Positions 48,013-58,595 of a stretch of 64,000 nucleotides of DNA are shown in pieces. The stretch covers positions 160,234 to 224,233 of the forward strand of contig JANMPT010000024.1 in assembly GCA_031370005.1 (NCBI GenBank), given 5' to 3'. Source of the stretch: Bdellovibrionales bacterium. Lineage in GTDB: Bacteria > Bdellovibrionota > Bdellovibrionia > Bdellovibrionales > Bdellovibrionaceae. The notes under the pieces were generated by a model. That model made no database searches. It had not been told where the DNA came from and saw nothing but the letters and a program-made list of their open reading frames with translations. The stretch's first letter is position 1, and each line of letters begins with the position of its first letter. A program made the position numbers and the translations under genes.

Positions 48013-49283
48013 AGCTTTTTGAACGCGCAAAAAAAGTGACACCAGGAGGAGTTCACTCCCCGGTCCGTTCTTTTAAGGGTCTTGATCATCATCCAATTTT
48101 TTTCAAAAAAGCACAAGGTGCCTATCTTACGAGTGTTGAAGATAAAACCTACATTGACTTCTGCCAAAGCTTTGGTCCTTTGATTTTAGGCCATAGAGAT
48201 GCAGACGTAGCAGAGGAGGTTCATCGTATGGTTGATACGGCTTGGACTTTCGGAGCTTGTGAAGTTTACTCTTTGGAATTGGCCGAGTGGATGACTCAAA
48301 ACCTTCCCTGGGTTGAAAAACTCCGCTTTGTATCTTCTGGCACAGAGGCCGTAATGAGCGCGTTACGCGTGGCAAGGGCGGCCACGAATCGCTCGAAGAT
48401 TTTAAAATTTGAAGGCTGTTACCATGGACATGCTGATCAATTACTAGTGAAAGCGGGGAGCGGACTTGCGGGAGCTTCGGCCTCAAGCAGTGCTGGAATT
48501 TCTCCTGAGGTGGCGGCAACCACTTTAGTGACTCCACTGAATGACATTGAAAAACTTCGTGAAGTCTTTGCTGCCCAAGGAAAAAAAATTGCAGCTGTTA
48601 TCATTGAACCCCTTCCTGCAAATTATGGTTTATTAGTACAGAAACAAGAATTCTTGAAAGAGGTTCAAAGTCTCTGCCAGGCCAATGGTGTATTACTGAT
48701 CTTTGATGAGGTCATTTCTGGATTCAGGACGGCCTTAGGTGGCATGGTTGAACTGACGGATATTAAGCCAGACCTTGTGACTTACGGTAAAGTTATCGGA
48801 GGGGGTTTTCCAGTGGGTTGCTATGGGGGCCGCAGGGATCTTATGGATTTAGTGGCACCTAAGGGTGATGTTTATCAAGCAGGGACACTCAGCGCGAACC
48901 CGGTAGGCATGCGTGCAGGACTGAGAACTTTGCAAAAAATGAAAAACCTAGATGGGTGGAAAACTTTGAATCAAAGAACCACTCAGTTCTGTCAGAAATT
49001 AAGCAAAGGCTTTGAAGATATAAAAATCCCTATGCAAGTTTCTAATCACAGCTCATTATTTTGGATTCATGGACTTGTGAATGAGCCGATTCGAGCTATT
49101 GAACAAATTCCGCAAGGACAAGGAGAGAATTTTAAAAAACTTTTTTTAAAGTGCTTAGATAAAGGTGTTTACTTGGCTCCAAATGCATATGAAGTGGGCT
49201 TTCTTTCTATGGCTCACACGGAAGCGATTTTAGATGAGGCAGCGGAAAAAATTCTACAAGCAGCTCGTGAGGCTTTCATTTGA
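48000..49283 (+). CDS. hemL: Glutamate-1-semialdehyde 2,1-aminomutase
   Basis: PGGVHSPVR, SGTEA, GCYHGH, FDEVISGFR, GKVIGGG and AGTLS motifs. Confidence 0.96.
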   Translation: MLSLELFERAKKVTPGGVHSPVRSFKGLDHHPIFFKKAQGAYLTSVEDKTYIDFCQSFGPLILGHRDADVAEEVHRMVDTAWTFGACEVYSLELAEWMTQNLPWVEKLRFVSSGTEAVMSALRVARAATNRSKILKFEGCYHGHADQLLVKAGSGLAGASASSSAGISPEVAATTLVTPLNDIEKLREVFAAQGKKIAAVIIEPLPANYGLLVQKQEFLKEVQSLCQANGVLLIFDEVISGFRTALGGMVELTDIKPDLVTYGKVIGGGFPVGCYGGRRDLMDLVAPKGDVYQAGTLSANPVGMRAGLRTLQKMKNLDGWKTLNQRTTQFCQKLSKGFEDIKIPMQVSNHSSLFWIHGLVNEPIRAIEQIPQGQGENFKKLFLKCLDKGVYLAPNAYEVGFLSMAHTEAILDEAAEKILQAAREAFI

Positions 49284-50122
49284 TTAAAATCAAAACACTT
49301 TTGGCCATGATTTGGTTTTTTTTCGTTGTCTCACTGGTCGGCTGGTGGTGGATTTATTCCATGAATACTCTTGTGGCTGGTATCGAGATGGGAAAAAAGC
49401 ATCGTATGTTTATGTGGGAGGGCAGCATTCTGCTTGCCGCCTTGGTTATTGGTGGAGCGGCATTGATTTTTTTATCTTATCAGGATGAAAAGCGCCACGA
49501 GCAGCTCAAGACTTTCTTTGCAACCTTTAGCCACGACATTAAAACGTCGATCACACGCCTTAGACTTCAGGCTGAAGTTCTTGAAGAAGACAATGCGCCT
49601 CAGAAAAATCCAGTTTTGCAAAGACTGATCAGCGATATCTCGCGCTTGGACTTACAACTTGAGAACTCGCTGTTGCTTTCCACCGCTGGTGCAGAAACTC
49701 TTTTGATCGAAAAGATGTTGCTTTCAAATTTGATTGCGACTTTGCGTATGCAGTGGAGCGATTTTGATTTTCGTCTTAATCAAGATGCTGAAATTTTCTC
49801 TGATAAACGAGCTATGATTAGTATTCTTCGTAATATTATTCAAAATGCTGTTTTACACGGTCAGGCCACTGCCGTTGAGTTCTCGGTGAAATCTTTGAAT
49901 TCACAAGCAATTGAAATATCAATTCAAGATAACGGCAATGGATTTCTTGGAGACATTGCTCACCTAGGCATGCAGAGACTTCCTTCCAAAAATGAGAAAG
50001 GCAGTGGCATTGGTTTGTACTTGTGCCGACGGCTTTTGAAAAAAATGGGTGGTGGCCTTCGCTTCGAAAAGCTTCCGCAGGGATTGCGTGTCGTAGTATG
50101 GATTTTGGGACGCGTGCAATGA
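49280..50122 (+). CDS. Membrane sensor histidine kinase with very short extracytoplasmic loop
   Basis: Two TMs, SHDIKTS H-box, NIIQNA N-box, DNGNG and GSGIGL motifs. Confidence 0.9.
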   Translation: MIKIKTLLAMIWFFFVVSLVGWWWIYSMNTLVAGIEMGKKHRMFMWEGSILLAALVIGGAALIFLSYQDEKRHEQLKTFFATFSHDIKTSITRLRLQAEVLEEDNAPQKNPVLQRLISDISRLDLQLENSLLLSTAGAETLLIEKMLLSNLIATLRMQWSDFDFRLNQDAEIFSDKRAMISILRNIIQNAVLHGQATAVEFSVKSLNSQAIEISIQDNGNGFLGDIAHLGMQRLPSKNEKGSGIGLYLCRRLLKKMGGGLRFEKLPQGLRVVVWILGRVQ

Positions 50123-50790
50123 GACAGATTCTGCTTGTCGAAGATGATATTTCTCTAGGGGAAACTCTTAAAGGGCGTCTTTCGAAAGACTATGGTGTTT
50201 TTTGGGCTCAAAGTGTCCAGGCCGCCAAAGCCGCCCTTCGTAGTCAAGGAAATCTGGATTTGGTAATCCTTGATCTCAGTCTTCCTGATGGAACAGGTTT
50301 TGATGTTGCGGAATATATTGTGTCACAGAATATGCATCCACTTTTTATTTTTTTAACCGCACAAGCTGATGCGGAAGCGCGACTTAAGGGTTTCGAATTG
50401 GGAGCTGAGGAGTTTATTCCTAAGCCATTTCACTTAAAAGAGCTTTTAATTCGAGTAAAACACGTTTTAGATTTACATGCTCCTGAAGTGGAAATAGTGA
50501 TTGAGGGAATAGTGATTAACTTTACAAGCATGTCGGTAAAAAAAACCAGCGGACAGATTGAGTATCCACCTGCCACTGATATTAAAATTTTACAGCTATT
50601 AATTGATCGGGCACCCCGAGTGGTAAGTCGCGATGAGATTATTAATGAAGTTTGGGGTCTTGATAAGAATCCAAGTCATCGAACCATCGACAACACGATT
50701 GTCCGTCTTCGTCAGCTGATTGGAGAAAACGGAGAGACCTACATTCGCTCAGTGCGTGGCGTAGGCTATCAGTGGTTTAAAGAAAGCTAA
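50119..50790 (+). CDS. OmpR-family response regulator
   Basis: LLVEDD, ILDLSLPDGTG, FLTA, KPF and winged-helix RTID..I.RLR..SVRGVGY; ATGA overlap with the kinase. Confidence 0.92.
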   Translation: MRQILLVEDDISLGETLKGRLSKDYGVFWAQSVQAAKAALRSQGNLDLVILDLSLPDGTGFDVAEYIVSQNMHPLFIFLTAQADAEARLKGFELGAEEFIPKPFHLKELLIRVKHVLDLHAPEVEIVIEGIVINFTSMSVKKTSGQIEYPPATDIKILQLLIDRAPRVVSRDEIINEVWGLDKNPSHRTIDNTIVRLRQLIGENGETYIRSVRGVGYQWFKES

Positions 50791-50800
50791 GGAAGATTTT

Positions 50801-51823
50801 ATGGCGAATATTAATTTTCAAAATGCTATTCAACGCAAAGTCCAAAAAACACCGCCAATTTGGTTCATGCGCCAGGCCGGACGTTATCATAAGCATTATC
50901 AAAATCTTCGCAAGGATAATAGTTTTGATGATCTTTGCAAAAAACCAGAACTTGCAGCCCAAGTGGCACTGGGACCGGTTTTGGATTTTGATTTTGATGT
51001 CGCAATTTTATTTAGCGATATTTTGTATCCGCTCCAGGCCATCGGAATGGGACTTGAGTACACTGATCATGGACCAAAACTTGCTTTTTCTATCACACCT
51101 GAAAATATTGGATGTCTTAAGCAGGGTGAAGAAGTGGTTTCTTTTATGAACTTCCAAAAAGAAGCCCTTCAGCAAACTCGAGCACTTTTGCCTTCAAATA
51201 AAAGTTTGATAGGATTTATTGGTGGCCCTTGGACCCTGTTTGTCTATGCAGTAGAAGGATCCCATGCGGGAAGTTTGACAGAGTCCAAAAAGATGATTTC
51301 ACTTTTTCCTGAGTTTTTGAAAAAGATATTGCCACTACTGAAGGAAAACATTCGGCTACAACTTGCGGGCGGAGCTGAGGTCGTTATGATTTTTGACACG
51401 GCTGCCGGGGAAGTATCACCACTTGATTTTCAAAAATGGCTTCAACCTGCTTTAAAAGAACTCAATAGTATAGCTCCTGGTAAAATTGCTTACTATTCCA
51501 AGGGTACTCAAGCCGCCTATTTTGACCTGGAGTTTTTAAACTTACCATGGGCCGGAATGGGCTTTGATCATCGTTGGAATTTGCAAAAATGTTTTAGCTT
51601 GGCAAAGCAGGGTTTTGTACAAGGAAATTTTGATCAAAGTTTATTTTTCATGGAAAAACCTCAGTTTCTAGAAGAGCTACGAATCTATACTGAAAACTTA
51701 AAAGCACTTTCCATTGAAGAAAGAGCAGGCTGGGTCTGTGGACTGGGTCATGGAGTCCTGCCAAAGACTCCAGAAGAAAACATACGTTCCTTTGTCGAGA
51801 TCATGAGAAAGGCGTTCGCATGA
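50801..51823 (+). CDS. hemE: Uroporphyrinogen decarboxylase
   Basis: PIWFMRQAGRY, AILFSDIL, QGNFD and LGHGV motifs. Confidence 0.96.
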   Translation: MANINFQNAIQRKVQKTPPIWFMRQAGRYHKHYQNLRKDNSFDDLCKKPELAAQVALGPVLDFDFDVAILFSDILYPLQAIGMGLEYTDHGPKLAFSITPENIGCLKQGEEVVSFMNFQKEALQQTRALLPSNKSLIGFIGGPWTLFVYAVEGSHAGSLTESKKMISLFPEFLKKILPLLKENIRLQLAGGAEVVMIFDTAAGEVSPLDFQKWLQPALKELNSIAPGKIAYYSKGTQAAYFDLEFLNLPWAGMGFDHRWNLQKCFSLAKQGFVQGNFDQSLFFMEKPQFLEELRIYTENLKALSIEERAGWVCGLGHGVLPKTPEENIRSFVEIMRKAFA

Positions 51824-53175
51824 AGTCCCTATCAGAACTTATAGCTAAATATGATGTACCAGCACCACGTTATACAAGTTATCCAACGGTTCCTTACTGG
51901 GCGGAGGCACCGATCCATGATCAATGGATACAGCATCTTCGCCAGACCTTGCAGGAGCCCAATAATCGGTGGTCAATGTACATGCACTTGCCATTCTGTG
52001 AAAGTCTTTGCACTTTCTGTGGATGCAATACGAGCATCACCAAAGGACATAAAAAAGAAGAACCCTATATCCAGGTTATTCTAAAAGAGTGGAATACGTA
52101 TAAGGAGCAAGTGCCAGAGCTTCTTGATAGGCCGCTGAATCACCTGCATTTGGGTGGCGGCACTCCCACTTTTTTTTCACCAGAAAATTTAAAATTATTA
52201 ATTTCGGCAATTTGGAAGGATATCAAGAAAGATCCTGAACATTTTGAGGCGTCGATTGAGGTAGATCCTCGTCGCACGACACTGTTGCATTTGAAAGTAT
52301 TAAGAGAGCTAGGATTTGACCGAGTCAGCATGGGTGTTCAAGATTTTAATCCCGAGGTACAAAGGCTTGTGAATCGTATTCAGCCTTATAGTATAACAGC
52401 GGATTTGACAAAACAGGCACGGGATCTTGGCTTTCGCTCTGTGAATTATGATTTGATATATGGACTAGCGAAGCAAACCATAGAGTCTTTTGCTGAGACG
52501 GCGAGACTCACAGTGGACTTAAAACCAGATCGCATTGCCTTGTATAGTTTTGCCTTAGTTCCTTGGATTAAACCGGCGCAAAGACTTTTTAAAGACGAGG
52601 ACCTTCCCAGTGGAGCTGAAAAGCGCAAGCTCTATGAAGTTGCGCGAGAGATTCTAATAAATGCAGGATATATTGAAATTGGTATGGATCACTTTGCCTT
52701 GCCATCAGAAGCTTTAAGCAAAGCAGCTCAAGACAAACGACTTCATCGCAATTTCATGGGTTACACAGATCAAAAGAGCGATGTTCTTTTGGGACTTGGT
52801 GTAAGTTCTATTTCTGAAACTCCATATAGTTTTCATCAAAACGAAAAACTTTTGAATCTCTATCAAGCGCGAGTAGAAAAGGGTGAAATCCCCACGCACC
52901 GCGGACACGTTCACACAATTGAGGATCGAGAGCATCGCCAGCAAATTTTAAAACTAATGACTCAATTTCAAGTTTCACTGAAAAGTCCTGAGCAAGTAAG
53001 TGCTGCTAATATTTTTTTTGAGGAAATGATCAAAGACGGCCTTGTGGAAGTGATCGATTGTGAATTAAAGATCACTGAGAGGGGTCGGCCGTTTCTAAGA
53101 AACGCCTGTGTTTTTTTTGATGAACGACTTCGGAATAAACAGCATCAAACTCAAGTTTTTTCTAAATCAATATGA
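51820..53175 (+). CDS. hemN: Oxygen-independent coproporphyrinogen III dehydrogenase
   Basis: PRYTSYPT, HLPFCESLCTFCGC, GGGTP, GMDHF and RNFMGY motifs. Confidence 0.96.
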   Translation: MKSLSELIAKYDVPAPRYTSYPTVPYWAEAPIHDQWIQHLRQTLQEPNNRWSMYMHLPFCESLCTFCGCNTSITKGHKKEEPYIQVILKEWNTYKEQVPELLDRPLNHLHLGGGTPTFFSPENLKLLISAIWKDIKKDPEHFEASIEVDPRRTTLLHLKVLRELGFDRVSMGVQDFNPEVQRLVNRIQPYSITADLTKQARDLGFRSVNYDLIYGLAKQTIESFAETARLTVDLKPDRIALYSFALVPWIKPAQRLFKDEDLPSGAEKRKLYEVAREILINAGYIEIGMDHFALPSEALSKAAQDKRLHRNFMGYTDQKSDVLLGLGVSSISETPYSFHQNEKLLNLYQARVEKGEIPTHRGHVHTIEDREHRQQILKLMTQFQVSLKSPEQVSAANIFFEEMIKDGLVEVIDCELKITERGRPFLRNACVFFDERLRNKQHQTQVFSKSI

Positions 53176-54365
53176 AGAAGGTCGTGGTGGTCGGTGGAGG
53201 GTTTTCAGGTCTTGTGACGGCTTACTATTTAAGTCGCCAAGGGATCGCTGTCGATCTTCATGAGGCAAGTCCGAAGCTGGGGGGGCTTTTGCAGTCTGAG
53301 AGGACCAATTGTGGCTTGGTTGAAAGCGCCGCAAATGGTCTTATTCTTAATGATGATCTTATAGAACTTCTAGCTGATCTTAATCTTGAGTATGTGCGTC
53401 CTTTGAAAACCGCAAAGAGGAGATTCATTTTTCGCAGTGGCCGACTTAGGCGCTGGCCACTGACAGTTGCGGAAAGTGTCGAGCTCATAGTTAAAATTAT
53501 ACCTAGGTTTCTTTTTAAAAAATATACGTTAAAGCCTACTGAGCAAGAAACTGTATGGATGTGGGGATTGAGAAACTTTACTCTTGCTGCGACCAATTAT
53601 ATTTTAAGTCCTGGGCTTCAAGGAATTTACGCTGGCAACGCTCATAAAATGAGTGCTAGTTTGATCTTGGGCCAACTTTTTAAAAGAAAAATTGAAAAAT
53701 ACAAAGGGACTGTGTCATTTAAAAACGGGATGGAGGAGCTTGTCGAAGCTTTAGAGCGAAAGCTTCGACAGCAAGGTGTTCAGATTCATTTAAATTCATT
53801 CTATAGGCTTGAAGCATTGGAAGTCCCCCATGTAATTTGTGTTTCAGCGTCCGTGGTTGCGCAGGTAGTGGAAAAGCTATCTCCAGATCTAGCCCTTAGC
53901 TTATCGCATATTGAAGTCCTACCCGTTCTTAGCGCTACAATTTTTTTTGAGAGGCCCAAGAAGCAGATCTGTGGTTTTGGTGTGGTCTTTCCTGATGATC
54001 AGGGATTTCGAGTTTTAGGGATCCTTTCAAACACGAATATTTTTGAAAATCGCGGACCTCAATATAGTGAAACATGGATTTTTGGAGGGACGCGCTCCCC
54101 AGAGATTTTAACTAAATCAAGCGAAGAGATTTTAAGTCTGATTCAAGAAGAAAGAAAAAAGATTTTAGGGGTCGAAGACACATTTCTTGATTACCGAATT
54201 AACCCGAGGCCGAAGGCCTTGCCACATTACACTTTAGAGCATAAAAAAATTCTAGAAGAGTTAAAGCTTCCAAAGTATCTTTATTTGAACGGCAATTATA
54301 TGGGTGTAATTGGGCTTAGTAAAATTCTTAGCCGCAGCAAGGAGCTTGTTCGTGAAATCACCTAA
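53172..54365 (+). CDS. hemY: FAD-dependent protoporphyrinogen/coproporphyrinogen oxidase (HemY-like)
   Basis: GGGFSGL FAD motif, GIYAG, GM..L, GFG and ALPHY motifs; hem operon context. Confidence 0.82.
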   Translation: MKKVVVVGGGFSGLVTAYYLSRQGIAVDLHEASPKLGGLLQSERTNCGLVESAANGLILNDDLIELLADLNLEYVRPLKTAKRRFIFRSGRLRRWPLTVAESVELIVKIIPRFLFKKYTLKPTEQETVWMWGLRNFTLAATNYILSPGLQGIYAGNAHKMSASLILGQLFKRKIEKYKGTVSFKNGMEELVEALERKLRQQGVQIHLNSFYRLEALEVPHVICVSASVVAQVVEKLSPDLALSLSHIEVLPVLSATIFFERPKKQICGFGVVFPDDQGFRVLGILSNTNIFENRGPQYSETWIFGGTRSPEILTKSSEEILSLIQEERKKILGVEDTFLDYRINPRPKALPHYTLEHKKILEELKLPKYLYLNGNYMGVIGLSKILSRSKELVREIT

Positions 54366-55323
54366 AGGTGTTCTGTTGTCAAATATCGGAACTCCAAGCT
54401 CTTTTCAAATCAAGGATGTAGCACGTTATTTGCGTGAATTTCTGATGGACGGTGAAATTTTACCGATTCCTTTTTTTTTCAGATATATATTGGTTAATAT
54501 AGGAATTCTACCAAGAAGATCCCCTGTGTCTGCATCAAAATATAAATTAATATGGTCAGCAGGTGGCTCTCCATTGTTGGTGAATTCACGGGCGCTTCAA
54601 AAAAATCTACAAGAGATTCTGGGCCCGGAATATTTAGTTGAGCTGGGTATGCGTTACGGACAGCCATCGATGCATGAGGCACTTGAGAAATTTAAAGCTC
54701 AAGGGATTAAAGATATTTATTTTCTTCCGCTATACCCTCAGTATTGTCGCGCAACAACTGAGTCGAGTTTCAAAAAAATTGATGAGTTATTGAGAAAATA
54801 TAATTATTCATTCAATATTCAAAAAGCTGGGCCATTTTGGTTCAAAAAAGATTTTATACAAGCCCTTGCCGAGGAGACACGAAAAAGTCTTCAAGGGAAA
54901 CAGGTCGATTATTATTTGATGACCTATCACGGCCTTCCAGAGAGCCAGAATCAAAAGATGCAACCAATGGACGTTTACCGAGAGCAATGTTTTAACAACT
55001 CAATGCTTTTAGCAGATTTTTTAGGGCTAGGTAAAGATCAATGGGGAGTTTCATTTCAGTCCAGGGTTGGAGTTGAGACCTGGATTAAACCCTATACGAG
55101 TGATCAATTGAAACTTTTACCAAGCAGTGGCGTTAAAAACTTAGCAGTGATTTGTCCGAGTTTTATTTCTGATTGCCTTGAGACCCTTGAAGAGATTGGC
55201 CTCGAAGGAAAAAAGACCTTTCAGCATGCTGGTGGGGAAAATTTCCACCTGGTTCCCTGCCTAAATGACCGTGCGGATTATCTTGCAAGTCTTATCTTGA
55301 TTTCATTACTGGAAGATCGCTAG
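54352..55323 (+). CDS. hemH: Ferrochelatase
   Basis: NIGTP, GGSPL, GMRYG.P, PLYPQY, HGLP, FQSR and DCLETLEE motifs; GTG 54352 after AAGGAG. Confidence 0.95.
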   Translation: MKSPKGVLLSNIGTPSSFQIKDVARYLREFLMDGEILPIPFFFRYILVNIGILPRRSPVSASKYKLIWSAGGSPLLVNSRALQKNLQEILGPEYLVELGMRYGQPSMHEALEKFKAQGIKDIYFLPLYPQYCRATTESSFKKIDELLRKYNYSFNIQKAGPFWFKKDFIQALAEETRKSLQGKQVDYYLMTYHGLPESQNQKMQPMDVYREQCFNNSMLLADFLGLGKDQWGVSFQSRVGVETWIKPYTSDQLKLLPSSGVKNLAVICPSFISDCLETLEEIGLEGKKTFQHAGGENFHLVPCLNDRADYLASLILISLLEDR

Positions 55324-55350
55324 CATAAAATTAATAACAAAGGATTTTCC

Positions 55351-56865
55351 ATGGTAAAAATATTTATATTATTCTTGATCACTCTTGGGTTTTCTTTTTC
55401 TCAGGCCCTTACTCTGGAAAAGTACACGAAGAAACCAAAACTTATAGTTGTTCTTGTGATTGATCAATTCCGTGCGGATTATCTGACTAAGTATCAAAAC
55501 GAATTTGTTCCTGCGGGCATCAAAGGCGAAGTCGGTGGCTTTAACTATCTTATGAAAAAAGGAGCTTACTTTCCATTTGCGGAGTATGACGTCCTTGAAT
55601 CAATGACCTGTCCGGGGCATGCGATGATTGCCACGGGCTCTCACCCTTACTTTACGGGAATTTCTTTGAATGACTGGTATGATTCTGAAACCAGAAAAAA
55701 AATATATTGCGTTGAGGATTCGAAATTCGGCATTTCGCCTCGTCGTTTAAAAACTAGCACCTTTGGTGATGAGCTTAAAAATATGTCTGACGCATCAAAG
55801 GTTGTGTCTGTCGCACTGAAGGATCGCGCGGCAGTGATGTTAGGGGGGCATCGAAGTGATGTCACCCTATGGATGGATTTTAATGAATTCAAATGGACCA
55901 CCAGCCCCTACTATCAAAAAGAAATCCCTGTGTGGGCGAGGGCCATGAATGATAAAATTTTGAAAGCAGGGGTTCTCAAAAAAAGAGATAAAAACGAAAG
56001 TCAAAAGTCCTTAGTCTCGCCTTATGGAGCTCAGATCACTAGAGAAATGGCTGAGGCGGCTCTTAAAAATGAAAACCTTGGTAAGAACGGCAGAATAGAT
56101 ATCCTCGCGGTAAGCTTTTCATCTCACGATTTGGCTGGACATATTTTCGGTCCGAACTCCTCTGAGCTAAAAGCCATGACTTTGGCTGAAGATAAAGAAA
56201 TCTCAAAGTTTCTAGGTACACTGAAGAAACATTTGGGGTCCTTAAATGAGGTGATGATAGTTTTAACAGCGGATCATGGTGTTGCTCCAAGTGTAGACTA
56301 CGCTGTGAATGCAAAGCTGGATGCAGGTCGTATTGAAGATCTTGCGATGTATAAGAAGATCTATGAAAGACTTGACCAGAAGTTTGGGAAGCCTTCAAAA
56401 GCATGGATTTCTGCCGGGATCAGCTTTAATTACTATATTAATCCGGAGGCCTTAAAAGAAAGAAAAGTAAGCTCTGAATTAGTTGAAGCTGAAATTAAAG
56501 ATGTCATGAAAACATTTTCAGGAGTTTTTCAGGTAGCAACACGTTCAGAGATTGCCAAAGGAATTTTGCCAGTCGGGGAGTTAGGACGGCAGCTAATTCG
56601 CCAGTATATTGCTGCCATTAATGGAGATGTTATTTTGATTCCAAAACCTTTTTATATCAACAAGGGCGATGCGGTTGTAAATCATATGACCGGCTATTCC
56701 TATGACAGAACAGTTCCTTTGATTATTTTTGGGCCAAACATTAAATCCGGAGTTTATTCTACGGCGGCCAAAGTGATTGATCTTGCACCGACGCTTTCAT
56801 TTGTGATAGGCGCACTTCCGCCTGCAACAGCAACTGGCCGCGTGCTTAGTGAGATTTTTGATTAA
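55351..56865 (+). CDS. Alkaline phosphatase superfamily enzyme (PafA/PhoK-like)
   Basis: IDQFRADY, T.PGHA (Thr nucleophile), KDRAA, D..GH and TADHG motifs; signal peptide. Confidence 0.88.
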   Translation: MVKIFILFLITLGFSFSQALTLEKYTKKPKLIVVLVIDQFRADYLTKYQNEFVPAGIKGEVGGFNYLMKKGAYFPFAEYDVLESMTCPGHAMIATGSHPYFTGISLNDWYDSETRKKIYCVEDSKFGISPRRLKTSTFGDELKNMSDASKVVSVALKDRAAVMLGGHRSDVTLWMDFNEFKWTTSPYYQKEIPVWARAMNDKILKAGVLKKRDKNESQKSLVSPYGAQITREMAEAALKNENLGKNGRIDILAVSFSSHDLAGHIFGPNSSELKAMTLAEDKEISKFLGTLKKHLGSLNEVMIVLTADHGVAPSVDYAVNAKLDAGRIEDLAMYKKIYERLDQKFGKPSKAWISAGISFNYYINPEALKERKVSSELVEAEIKDVMKTFSGVFQVATRSEIAKGILPVGELGRQLIRQYIAAINGDVILIPKPFYINKGDAVVNHMTGYSYDRTVPLIIFGPNIKSGVYSTAAKVIDLAPTLSFVIGALPPATATGRVLSEIFD

Positions 56866-56881
56866 GTAGTTGGAAATATAG

Positions 56882-58576
56882 CTAGTGGGCTTCCTTCAGA
56901 AGTTGCTCAGCATGGTCTAAGCTGGTTTTGGAAATCCTTTCGCCAGAAATTAGTCGAGCGATTTCTTTGACTCTCTCTTTGCTTTGAAGCTCGCTCACTT
57001 CCATGGTCACACCATCTTTTTTTGGAGCTTTATGAATAAAAAAGTGCACATCGCCAAAAGCAGCAACCTGAGGTAAGTGAGTAACGCAGATGACTTGTTG
57101 ACCTTTTGCAATACTCTTCAGTTTACGACCAACTTTTTCGGCTGTTTGCCCGGATACGCCTGAGTCGACCTCATCAAAAAGATAAGTGCGAGGTTGGTTT
57201 GAAGAGCCCACCACGCGTTTTAATGATAAAAGGATACGGGATAATTCCCCGCCGCTGGCAAACTTCGCTAGGGGACGTTTTGGGTCTTTGGCAGAGGTTT
57301 GACTCATGAACTCCACATCGCTCATTCCAGTAGCTGATAGTTCTGGGAGTGTTTCGACGCAAACGTGGAAGGTGACTCCTTTCATATTAAGATCATCGAG
57401 CTCTTCATTCACGCTGTCGGCAAGCAGCCCAGCGCCTTTTTTACGACGGTTGTGAATATCTTGTGCTAGTTTTTCTAGCTCCCTCATCAAAGTCGCAGAT
57501 TCTTTTTTGAGATCCTCAATGCGTGTTTCTGAGTTTTTTAAGTTGCCAATTTCAATTTCAATTTCAATTAGCGCTTTTAGAATATCATCCACTGTCGGGC
57601 CATATTTCTTTTGCACTTTGCGCAGATCGCTTAGACGCCCTTCGAGGGCTTCAAGGCGTTGAGGGTCGCCATCGATTTTATTCACGTACTGGCGAAGGTC
57701 ATAGATGCAATCATCTATTAAAGTTTTTGCTTCTTCTAGTACTTCAATCTTACTCGCGAGTTGAGGGTCAAGAATGGCGATGTCAGCAGCGCGTTTCAGC
57801 ATGGAGTTGATGCGATTCATGGCGGAACCGTCATCCGAATAGAGAGCTTCCTCTGCTTGATCGACGAATTGAAAAAGGCGAGACGCGCTTTTAAGTTTTT
57901 TAATCTCAGCCTCAATTCCTAAATCTTCACCGGGTGAAAGATCCAGAGCCGCGATCTCATCACGTTGGAATGTTAAGAAGTCCAGACGTTGATTTTTTTG
58001 TTTGATGTTGCTTTCGAGTTGCTGAATTTCCTTTTTTATCTCTTGATGGTATTCGAAGCTTTTTTGATAATGAAGACGCTTGTCCCAAGCTCCGGTATAT
58101 TGATCAAGAAGATCTAAGTGATAAGCCTTTGATAGTAGATGGCGATTCTCATGTTGGCCTGTCATTTCAATAAGCGGGGCCGAGTGGCCTGCAACTTCAA
58201 TAAGTGGAGCTACAACATCGCGAAGATTACGAAGTGTGCTAAGAGTGCCATTCAAGTAAACTTTCGATTTATCACCGTTACTAATAGTGCGGCGAACGAT
58301 GAGTATGTTTTCCTCCACATTGATATCTAAGTCGTCGAGGTTTTTTCGAATATCAGCGCGCTTACGAATATCGAAAGAGCCTTCGATAGTGGCCATTTGG
58401 CTGCCGGTACGAATTGTGTCAGCAGAGGATTTTTCACCCATCAAAAGTGCTAAACTTTTTAATAGGACTGATTTTCCAGCTCCAGTTTCGCCACTGAGGA
58501 TATTTAAGCCTTCTTCAAATTCAATATGAAGATTGTCGATGATGGCGAAATTTGAAACTTTCAGCTCTAGCAGCAT
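56882..58576 (-). CDS. recN: DNA repair protein RecN
   Basis: GETGAGKS, GQHE, ASGGELSR, FDEVDSG and THLPQVA motifs. Confidence 0.97.
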   Translation of the reverse strand: MLLELKVSNFAIIDNLHIEFEEGLNILSGETGAGKSVLLKSLALLMGEKSSADTIRTGSQMATIEGSFDIRKRADIRKNLDDLDINVEENILIVRRTISNGDKSKVYLNGTLSTLRNLRDVVAPLIEVAGHSAPLIEMTGQHENRHLLSKAYHLDLLDQYTGAWDKRLHYQKSFEYHQEIKKEIQQLESNIKQKNQRLDFLTFQRDEIAALDLSPGEDLGIEAEIKKLKSASRLFQFVDQAEEALYSDDGSAMNRINSMLKRAADIAILDPQLASKIEVLEEAKTLIDDCIYDLRQYVNKIDGDPQRLEALEGRLSDLRKVQKKYGPTVDDILKALIEIEIEIGNLKNSETRIEDLKKESATLMRELEKLAQDIHNRRKKGAGLLADSVNEELDDLNMKGVTFHVCVETLPELSATGMSDVEFMSQTSAKDPKRPLAKFASGGELSRILLSLKRVVGSSNQPRTYLFDEVDSGVSGQTAEKVGRKLKSIAKGQQVICVTHLPQVAAFGDVHFFIHKAPKKDGVTMEVSELQSKERVKEIARLISGERISKTSLDHAEQLLKEAH

Positions 58577-58595
58577 GATTTCTCCTCAAAAATAT

